Origin: Candidatus Zipacnadia bacterium
GTDB lineage: Bacteria; Armatimonadota; Zipacnadia; Zipacnadales; UBA5352
Direction of reading: 5' to 3'
DNA length: 64,000 nt
Assembly (NCBI GenBank): GCA_029820295.1
Contig: JALGVA010000005.1
Span: 1,025-65,024, forward strand
Position numbers and translations under genes: made by a program. Shown piece by piece: positions 8,848 through 15,944 of this stretch. The notes under the pieces were generated by a model. It was given only the letters and a program-made list of their open reading frames with translations. It was not told where the DNA came from and did no database searches. Within the stretch, counting starts at the first letter, position 1. Each line of letters opens with the position of its first letter.

Positions 8848-10610
8848 TGACCATCGACGCGCTCGAGGCCATCCGCAGCAGGCGCAGCATCCGCAAGTTC
8901 CGGAGCGAGCCGATCCCCCTCGACGTGCTGGAGGAGGTCGTCGAGTGCGCGCGCTGGGCGCCCTTCGGCACCGCACACGACGTGCGCGTGATCAAGGTCA
9001 TGGCGGGCGAGCCCAAGGCCGCGGTGGTGGCCTATCTCGACGAGCGCCTCGCGGAGGTCATCCCGGTGATGGCCGAGGGCCCGGCGCGGCAGACGCTGAC
9101 CTACGCGCGCTCGCTGGTGGGCATCATCCGCGATGCGCCTGTGCTGGTGGGGGTGTTCACCGCGGTGGGGCGCGAGGGCGCGGAGCTGTCCATCGCCTCG
9201 GCCGCCTGCGCGGTGCAGAACCTGATGGTCGCCGCGTGGGCGCGCGGGCTGGGGGCGTGCTACCTCACCGGCGCGATCTACCTCGCCGATGAGATCGCCC
9301 ACCTGTGCGACCTCGACGGCCATCAACTCGTCGGCCTGATCCCGCTGGGCTACCCGGCCCATGAGGGCGTCAGGCGGCGCGAGTTCCCGACGGTGCTGTG
9401 GCGCGGCTTCGGCGCGGCCGACCGGGGCGAGCCGCCCGCGCCGCCCGAGGCGCAGATCTCCGCGGTCGAGCAGGCACGCGCCGGCGCGGGCGAGCGCGTG
9501 CTGGTCGTGAGTGACGACCTGGAGGTGGACCAGGCGATCGTCTCGGTGCTGCGCCGGGCCGGCTACGAGGTGACCTGCGCCGAGCCCGTGGAGGCCATCG
9601 CGACGCACCGGCGCATCGCCCCACAGGTGACCATCGTGGACGCGATCCTGCGCGGAGTGAACGGCTACGATCTCGCCCGCGCCATCGAAGGCGCAACGCA
9701 CGGCCCGTCCCCGGTGCTGATCGTCACCGCCGCCTACGACGCCGCCGACGAGGAGCAGGCGCTGATGGCCGGCGCCGCCGACGTGCTCGGCAAGCCGGTG
9801 CGCGACCACGAGCTGCTCGCGCGCGTGCGCTCCCTGGCCGACAGCGTCGCGCTCTACCAGCGCATCGAGGAGCACGCCGAGCAGCTCGAGCAGGCCAACG
9901 AGGAGCTGCGCCGCCTCCAGCAGATGCGCGACGACCTGACGAACATGATCGTGCACGACATGCGCACGCCGCTGACCAACGTGCTGTCGGGGTTGCAGAC
10001 CATCGAGGCGACCGACTACGACCCGGAGATCACGCGCGAGTTCCTGCCCGAGGCCATCAACGCCGGCGAGGACCTCGCCGACATGATCAACAACCTGCTC
10101 GACATCTCCAAGATGGAGGCCGGGCAGCTCACACTCGACCGCAAGCCGGTCCTCGCGACGGAGGTGGTCGCCGAAGCGGTCGAGCGGGTCGACCACCTGA
10201 TCGGGGAGAAGGGCCTGCGCCTGGAGACGCGCGTCCCCGATGGCACGATGCTCGACGCCGACCGCGACTTGCTCAAACGCGTGCTGCTCAATCTGCTCAG
10301 CAACGCGATCAAGTTCACGCCCGACGGCGGGGAGATCACGGTGGACGCGCGGCGCGACGGCAATGCCGTGCGCATGTGCGTGCGCGACACCGGCGAGGGC
10401 ATCCCGGAGGATCAGCTCGGGCGGCTCTTCATGAAGTTCGGCCAGGTGCAGCGCGGGCCTGCACAGAAGCGCCAGGGGACCGGGCTGGGCCTCGCCTTCG
10501 TGAAGCTGGCGGTCGAGGCGCATGGAGGCGAGGTCTCGGTGGACAGCACGGTCGGCGAGGGCAGCACCTTCTGCTTCACCATCCCGGCAGGCGCACCTGA
10601 GGACCACTGA
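8847..10610 (+). CDS. Hybrid sensor: N-terminal nitroreductase domain, then response-regulator receiver, then HisKA, then HATPase_c histidine kinase
   Basis: Nitroreductase signature RRSIRKF...PIP at aa 1-170. Receiver with DD, phospho-acceptor D in TIVDAIL, T in LIVTA and K in LGKP. H-box MIVHDMRTPLT. N-box LLNLLSNAIKFT. G-boxes VRDTGEGI and GTGLGLAFV. Start is the ATG at 8847 overlapping the upstream TGA. Confidence 0.85.
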   Translation: MTIDALEAIRSRRSIRKFRSEPIPLDVLEEVVECARWAPFGTAHDVRVIKVMAGEPKAAVVAYLDERLAEVIPVMAEGPARQTLTYARSLVGIIRDAPVLVGVFTAVGREGAELSIASAACAVQNLMVAAWARGLGACYLTGAIYLADEIAHLCDLDGHQLVGLIPLGYPAHEGVRRREFPTVLWRGFGAADRGEPPAPPEAQISAVEQARAGAGERVLVVSDDLEVDQAIVSVLRRAGYEVTCAEPVEAIATHRRIAPQVTIVDAILRGVNGYDLARAIEGATHGPSPVLIVTAAYDAADEEQALMAGAADVLGKPVRDHELLARVRSLADSVALYQRIEEHAEQLEQANEELRRLQQMRDDLTNMIVHDMRTPLTNVLSGLQTIEATDYDPEITREFLPEAINAGEDLADMINNLLDISKMEAGQLTLDRKPVLATEVVAEAVERVDHLIGEKGLRLETRVPDGTMLDADRDLLKRVLLNLLSNAIKFTPDGGEITVDARRDGNAVRMCVRDTGEGIPEDQLGRLFMKFGQVQRGPAQKRQGTGLGLAFVKLAVEAHGGEVSVDSTVGEGSTFCFTIPAGAPEDH

Positions 10611-10633
10611 CCACGCCGCACAGGAAGATGGAC

Positions 10634-10816
10634 ATGCCGATCATCACCATCATCGACGCGCCGCCCATCGAGGTCGAGAAGAAGCGGGCGCTGGCCTGCG
10701 AGATCACGGACGCGATGGAGAAAGCCTACGGCTTGCCGCGCACCAGCTTCATCATCATGCACGACACCAAGCGCGAGAACGTGAGTGTCGGCGGCGAGCT
10801 GCTGTGTGACCGGTAG
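10634..10816 (+). CDS. 4-oxalocrotonate tautomerase family protein (Pro1 after Met removal)
   Basis: MPIITIIDAPPIEVEKKRALACEITDAMEKAYG is a classic 4-OT beta-alpha-beta fold sequence with N-terminal Pro. Start taken at the second ATG of the 62-aa ORF. Confidence 0.7.
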   Translation: MPIITIIDAPPIEVEKKRALACEITDAMEKAYGLPRTSFIIMHDTKRENVSVGGELLCDR

Positions 10817-10857
10817 GCGGGACCCGCGGAGGCCATCGGACGGCTCCCGGTCGGCCG

Positions 10858-10883
10858 GAAGGCGCGCGTTTGTGCGCGCCGCC
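10858..10883. terminator. GC hairpin GGCGCGC-GTTTGT-GCGCGCC in a convergent intergenic region (tautomerase against UroD-like). Candidate bidirectional terminator.
   Basis: Perfect 7-bp inverted repeat with a 6-nt loop, read directly from the sequence. Confidence 0.4.
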
Positions 10884-10932
10884 GTTGCCGTGCCCATGCT
10901 CGATGCCCCATCCCCCATGCCCCGCCGTGTCC

Positions 10933-12003
10933 TCACGGCAGCCGCAGCGGGTACCGCCCGTACTCCAGGTACACCTCGCGCACCAGCTCCATTGTGTCCA
11001 CGGAGATGTCCGGCGCGATCGAGTGCGTCGCCAGCGCCAGGCCGCCACCCACGCCGGCCGACAGCACCTCGAGCACGTGCGCGCGCACCTCGTTGGGGTT
11101 GCCGCGCGGCAGGATCAACGCGTTGTCCATCCCGCCCAGCAACGCCAGCCTGTTACCGTAGCGCTCGCGCAGCCTGGTCGGGTGCAGGCCGGTGTGATAC
11201 TCGACCGGGTTGATGCCGTCGAAGCCGAGGTCGATGAACAGGTCCAGCAGCGGGCCGATGTTGCCGTCGCTGTGCAGGATCACCTTGGCGGCGCCCGCGG
11301 ACTTGAAGCTCTCGACCATCAGTTGCCACGCGGGCGCGAGGATGCGCTCGGCGGTCGCGGGCGAGAACATGGGGCCCTTGGTCGCGGCCATGTCGTCGTA
11401 GATCCACACGCCGGTGTCGTAGAGGTCCCAGCGGCGCAGCTCTTCGAGGCCGATGGCGGTGAGGTGGCGGGCGGTGCGCATGACCATCTCGCTCGCCATC
11501 TGCGGGTCGGCCGCGAGGTCCATCAGCCACTGCTGCTCACCGCGCATGAAGCCGGTGCGGATGAAGGGCCCGCCGGTCTTGGCGAAGACTGCGTAGCGCT
11601 CCTTGAGCGCGTCAATGTGCGCGTCGATGCGGGCGTAGCGACTGTCCAGGTCAGGCGGTTCGAACTCGCCGTAGCGCAGCGCGCCGGCCTCGTCGTAGCC
11701 CACATCCACCTGGTCGTAGAAGTAGCCTGCGGAGCGCACGCGCTTGATCTGCCCCCAGCCATCGCGCTGGATGGTGTACTCGCCCTCCGTGCCCAGCTCG
11801 CCGGCAAGGCTTGGCCAGGCGGTCTCGTCACCCACCACGATGCGGATGTCCACGAGGTAGTGGTCGTCGATGGTGGCCGGGTCATTGCCGGTCTGCGCCG
11901 CCCAGGCCTGCGTGAACTCGCCCCAGAAGCCCATGGGCGCGATGGGGACGCGGTCGGGCTCGCGGAAGTCGAGGGCGGTCATGACGCGTTCCCTGGAGGT
12001 CAT
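10933..12003 (-). CDS. Uroporphyrinogen decarboxylase (URO-D)-like family protein (MtaA/CmuA-type methyltransferase or UroD homolog)
   Basis: Start at the internal ATG (MTSRERVMTALDFREPDRVPIAP...), giving 356 aa. The URO-D-family N-terminal pattern (RV..AL.....DRVP) and overall length fit. The upstream 34 codons of the track ORF were rejected. Confidence 0.7.
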   Translation of the reverse strand: MTSRERVMTALDFREPDRVPIAPMGFWGEFTQAWAAQTGNDPATIDDHYLVDIRIVVGDETAWPSLAGELGTEGEYTIQRDGWGQIKRVRSAGYFYDQVDVGYDEAGALRYGEFEPPDLDSRYARIDAHIDALKERYAVFAKTGGPFIRTGFMRGEQQWLMDLAADPQMASEMVMRTARHLTAIGLEELRRWDLYDTGVWIYDDMAATKGPMFSPATAERILAPAWQLMVESFKSAGAAKVILHSDGNIGPLLDLFIDLGFDGINPVEYHTGLHPTRLRERYGNRLALLGGMDNALILPRGNPNEVRAHVLEVLSAGVGGGLALATHSIAPDISVDTMELVREVYLEYGRYPLRLP

Positions 12004-12224
12004 CGGCGCAGCTCCGTGTCGGTCCGGGATTCCGATCGGGCGAGTGTTCGCCGCGAGCGTCCGCTGCCCTGCCCCGCGCGCCGGGCAGAGGACTCGGGGC
12101 GGCACGCGCCGAAAACCTGACCGGCCGGGGCCGCGGGCCCTGGCCTCTCTATCCGCGACGGGAACCTTTCACCCGCGCGAAGGCTCAAACACACTGCCGC
12201 GGCGTGCCGGCGCGGAGTGCTGCC

Positions 12225-13298
12225 ATGCGCATCGTCGACCGCTACATCCTGGGCGAGGCCTTCAGGCCCTTCGTGGTCGCGCTGCTGGCCTTCGTGGTGC
12301 TGATCTCCGGCCACATGCTCTTCACCGTGGTCGAGGTCATCGTCGAGCACGGGGTGCCACTGCCGTCGGTGTTGCGCTTCGTGGCGCTGCAGGTGCCGGG
12401 GGCGGCGGTCATGGCGCTGCCGGTGTCCGTGCTGATGGGCTGCTCGCTGGCCGCCAACCGGCTCGCGTCGGACCACGAAATCGTGGGCATGCGTGCGGGG
12501 GGCATCTCGCCGGCGCGGCTGCTCGCGCCCATGTGGCTGCTGGGACTGCTGGCGACCATCGCCACCTTCACGGTGAGCGAGGGCGCGGTGCCCTGGTCAC
12601 GACGCCAGGCCGAACTGCTGGTGCGCGACATGGTGCTGCGGCGCCAGTCGCTGGCCTTCGAGCCGGGGCGCTTCACCGACACCGGCCAGGGCATCACCAT
12701 CTACGTGGGCGAGCGCAGCCCGGTCCCAGGGGAGTTGCGCGACGTGATGGTCTTCCAGTCGCAGGCGGGCGGCTACCCGCTGGCGTTCACGGCGCCGGGC
12801 GCGGTCTTCCGCGGCGACCTGCTCTACCCGGTGGGCGCGCGCTTCTACTACTTCGACGGCGCCGGCCTGACCACGCTGCGCAGCGCCGGCGTCGAGGTCG
12901 ATCTCCGCCAGGTCGGCTCGGCGGCCGGCGGCCTGGCGGGCTCCACCGGGATGGCCGAGATGTCACTGCGCGAACTGACGGCCGAGTATGAGCGGGCGGA
13001 GGAGAGGAGCGCGGGCAGCGGACGCTCGTACGCCCTCGAAGCGCATACGCGGCTGGCCATGGCGGTGTCGTGCCTGGTGTTCGCGGCGCTGGCCGGGCCG
13101 GTCACGCTGCGTTTCGCCCGCGGGCAGAGCCTGGTGGGCATCGCGGCGGCGTTGATCATCACCTTCGGCTACTTCCTGGTCATGATCTGGACCAGGGCGC
13201 TCGGCGAGGGCGGCGCGCTGCCCGTGCCGGTGGCCGCCTGGGTGCAGAACGCAGTCCTCATCGCAGCCGCCGCCCTCGGCGTCTACCGGCTTCGCTGA
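12225..13298 (+). CDS. LptF/LptG family LPS export permease (YjgP/YjgQ)
   Basis: MRIVDRYILGEAFRPF N-terminus typical of LptF/LptG. It has six predicted TM segments and a periplasmic beta-jellyroll region. Confidence 0.8.
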   Translation: MRIVDRYILGEAFRPFVVALLAFVVLISGHMLFTVVEVIVEHGVPLPSVLRFVALQVPGAAVMALPVSVLMGCSLAANRLASDHEIVGMRAGGISPARLLAPMWLLGLLATIATFTVSEGAVPWSRRQAELLVRDMVLRRQSLAFEPGRFTDTGQGITIYVGERSPVPGELRDVMVFQSQAGGYPLAFTAPGAVFRGDLLYPVGARFYYFDGAGLTTLRSAGVEVDLRQVGSAAGGLAGSTGMAEMSLRELTAEYERAEERSAGSGRSYALEAHTRLAMAVSCLVFAALAGPVTLRFARGQSLVGIAAALIITFGYFLVMIWTRALGEGGALPVPVAAWVQNAVLIAAAALGVYRLR

Positions 13299-13319
13299 GC
13301 CCGCGCCCCGGAGCGAGCC

Positions 13320-15740
13320 ATGAGGACCGTCCTGCGCACAACCTGGCGGCTCACCCTTGCGGCGTTGCTGCTCGCGCCGACGGCCGCCGGTGCCGCGCCC
13401 GCGCGTGGGGCCGTTGACCAGGTCGTCATCGACGAGACCGAGGCCGACGCCCCCACCACCCAGCGGGCGACCCCTCCTGAAGCCACGCCGGCCGACGACA
13501 CGTCCTCGGAAGAGCAGCCGCGGGCCGGTGGCGCCACGCCCGCACCCGCAGGCACCGATGGGGAACCGCCGGCAGAGTCGGGAGAGGGAGGCGGGCCCGG
13601 CGCGGAGGCGCCGGAGGGGGAGGAGGCCCCCACCGAGCCTGCCGACTGGCGCCCTGAGCCCTCCGAGGAGAATATCCTCATCGACGCCGACGAGGTCTAC
13701 TACCGGGCCGGGGCGACCGTCGCGCGGGGCAACGTCACCGTCCGCTACCGCGAGATCGTCATCACCGCCGACGAGGCCGAGATCGACGAGGATGGCGTCT
13801 GGGGCCAGTTCCGCGGCAACGTCACCATCACCCGCGAGGAGGTCGAGACCACCGCGGAACTGATCCGCGTCAACTTCGACACCGAGGAGTGGGAGGTGCT
13901 GGGCGGGCGCACCGTGCTCGAGCCCGCCTTCTTCGAGAGCGGCGTAGTCGAGCCCATCTACGTGCGCGCGCGCAGCGTCGCCGGCACCGAGGGCGATGAG
14001 GTGATCTACGCCGAGGACGCGACCGTCACGAGCTGCAACCTGGAGCATCCCCACTACGGCCTGCACTCTGACCACATTCGGCTGATCGGCGAGGACCGTG
14101 TCGTGCTCGAACGCCCGCGGCTGGAGGTGCTGGGCTTCACGCTCTTCCGTTACCCGTGGGACCTGGTGCTGTCGCAGCGGAGCCAGAACAACCGCTTCTT
14201 CCCGGAACTGGGCCAGAACACCGTCGAGGGCTTCTACGCCAAGCTGGCATACCTCTACCTCACCGGCAGCACCTACAACAGCTACGTGCGCCTGCACCTG
14301 ACCGAGAAGCGCGGCATCGGGCTGGGCGCGGACCACTACTTCCGCACCGGGCCGCACAGCGGGGAGCTGTCGCTGTTCTGGGAGCCCGACGAGGGCGCGC
14401 TGAGCGGGCGCGCGCGCGAGACCTGGGAGATCTCCGACGAGTTGAGCTCCAACCTGAGCCTCAACCTCCAGCAGAACACCGGCTTCTACGGCGCCACCGA
14501 GTCGCTGACGGGCAACCTGGCGCTGCGCTTCCGCGGCGAGAACGCCACCGCCACGCTGGGCATCGACCACTCGCAGACCGACAGCACAGTATCCTCAAGC
14601 GTGCGCACCAGCACCAGCTTCACCCACCGCCAGCAGCTCGGCAGCGACGCCAGCGCCGACGTGCGCGCGGTGGTACGGCGCACGCAGTACGGCGATCGGC
14701 CAACGAGCGCATGGCTGGAGACGGACCTGCAGTTCCAGCAGCGCACGAGCTGGTATGACTGGGCCATGGCAGCCGAGCAGCAGTGGGAGCTGGAGGGCGA
14801 TCAGGGGCGCAACTACGGCCTCGACCGCCTGCCCGAGATCGTCTTCAATACCGACAGCCGACGGTTGGGCGACTGGAGCGTCTTCGACGTGGTCCCCATG
14901 CGCGCCACGCTCAAGGCCGGGCACTTCGTGCAGTATCCGGACGAGGAAGAGATCTCGATGGCGGCCATCGAGACCTACCTGGGCGGCGGGCGCACGCCCG
15001 TGGGCGGGGACTTCGTGATGACCACCACCGGGACGTTCGACCAGGCATTCTACGATGAGGGCTCGGCGCGCTACCGCGTGGGCACTTCGCTCGACCTGAC
15101 CGGCGAGCATGGCGGAGGGTGGAACACGCGCCTGGCGCACCGCTACTCGACGGTCGAGGGCTACTCGCCGCTGCGTCGCGACTACGGCGGCAAGTACAAC
15201 GACGTGACGTTGTCCTTCGTGCAGCAGACGCGCGACCGCTCCTACCTGGACATCGGCAGCGGTTACGACTTCGTGGACGACCAGTGGCGCGAGATCCGCC
15301 TGCGCGGCTGGCTGGCTGCGTCGAGCACCGACCGCATCGAGATGGTCGCCGGCTACGCCCTCGAGCAGGACCTGTGGCGGCCGGTGCAGGTGCGCTGGGT
15401 GCACGCGACTCCCTGGGACGTCTACCTCGCGCTGTCATCGCGCTACGACATCGACGGCGACCAGCTCACCGACGCCGACCTGGAGTTCGACTGGCGCCTC
15501 GACCCGCGCTGGCGCCTGGAGGGCATCGCGACCTACAGCGGCTACCGTGGCGAGCTGGACCAGCTCAACCTGCGCATCACGCGTGACCTGCACTGCTGGC
15601 TGGCGGCGTTGACCTACGACATGGCGTCGGACGAGATCCGCCTGAACCTGGGGATCAAGGCCTTCCCGTTCGAGGACCAGGACTGGACGGTGGGAGAGCG
15701 CGGCGCGCGCCTGGGCAGCTACGGGCAGTACTACTATTAG
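13320..15740 (+). CDS. lptD: LPS-assembly protein LptD (OstA family) with a long acidic Pro/Glu-rich N-terminal linker
   Basis: Signal peptide. OstA N-terminal domain motif (ILIDADEVYYRAGATVARGNVTVRYREIVITADEAEID). The large C-terminal region is aromatic-rich beta-barrel-like and ends ...GSYGQYYY. 806 aa. Confidence 0.8.
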   Translation: MRTVLRTTWRLTLAALLLAPTAAGAAPARGAVDQVVIDETEADAPTTQRATPPEATPADDTSSEEQPRAGGATPAPAGTDGEPPAESGEGGGPGAEAPEGEEAPTEPADWRPEPSEENILIDADEVYYRAGATVARGNVTVRYREIVITADEAEIDEDGVWGQFRGNVTITREEVETTAELIRVNFDTEEWEVLGGRTVLEPAFFESGVVEPIYVRARSVAGTEGDEVIYAEDATVTSCNLEHPHYGLHSDHIRLIGEDRVVLERPRLEVLGFTLFRYPWDLVLSQRSQNNRFFPELGQNTVEGFYAKLAYLYLTGSTYNSYVRLHLTEKRGIGLGADHYFRTGPHSGELSLFWEPDEGALSGRARETWEISDELSSNLSLNLQQNTGFYGATESLTGNLALRFRGENATATLGIDHSQTDSTVSSSVRTSTSFTHRQQLGSDASADVRAVVRRTQYGDRPTSAWLETDLQFQQRTSWYDWAMAAEQQWELEGDQGRNYGLDRLPEIVFNTDSRRLGDWSVFDVVPMRATLKAGHFVQYPDEEEISMAAIETYLGGGRTPVGGDFVMTTTGTFDQAFYDEGSARYRVGTSLDLTGEHGGGWNTRLAHRYSTVEGYSPLRRDYGGKYNDVTLSFVQQTRDRSYLDIGSGYDFVDDQWREIRLRGWLAASSTDRIEMVAGYALEQDLWRPVQVRWVHATPWDVYLALSSRYDIDGDQLTDADLEFDWRLDPRWRLEGIATYSGYRGELDQLNLRITRDLHCWLAALTYDMASDEIRLNLGIKAFPFEDQDWTVGERGARLGSYGQYYY

Positions 15741-15857
15741 CGGTCAGCTACCGGCCACCAGCGAACGGCAACCACAGACGGCGTCGGGCAGCGATCCCCG
15801 ACCCGGGCGGAGAGGAAGGTCGTTGCTGGCGCCTGCCGTCGCCGTTGCCGTTGCGTG

Positions 15858-15879
15858 GCCCGGGCAGTCCTGCCCGGGC
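15858..15879. terminator. Strong hairpin GCCCGGGCAG-TC-CTGCCCGGGC between convergent lptD and pheT
   Basis: 10-nt perfect inverted repeat read from the sequence. Candidate bidirectional terminator. Confidence 0.45.
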
Positions 15880-15942
15880 GCCGTTGCCGTCTCCCGGTTC
15901 CCGGTTCTCGCTCTGCCGCCGTTGCCGTCCCCCGGTTCCCGG
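15880..15942. repeat. Two 25-bp direct repeats, GCCGTTGCCGTC(T/C)CCCGGTTCCCGG, at 15880-15904 and 15918-15942, immediately 3' of pheT
   Basis: Seen directly in the sequence. Only two copies, and no CRISPR-like spacing or array. Confidence 0.6.
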
Positions 15943-15944
15943 CC

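Noticed and set aside
8631-10607. 658-aa minus ORF antisense to the nitroreductase-kinase gene, and 12963..14570 (535 aa) antisense to lptD
   Set aside because: Low-complexity translations. The sense strands carry complete, ordered catalytic motifs (H-box, N-box, G-boxes; OstA domain).
15880-15942. Possible CRISPR array (direct repeats)
   Set aside because: Only two 25-bp repeat copies with a 13-bp spacer, no further repeats, and no cas genes. Consistent with a small REP-like duplication, not CRISPR.
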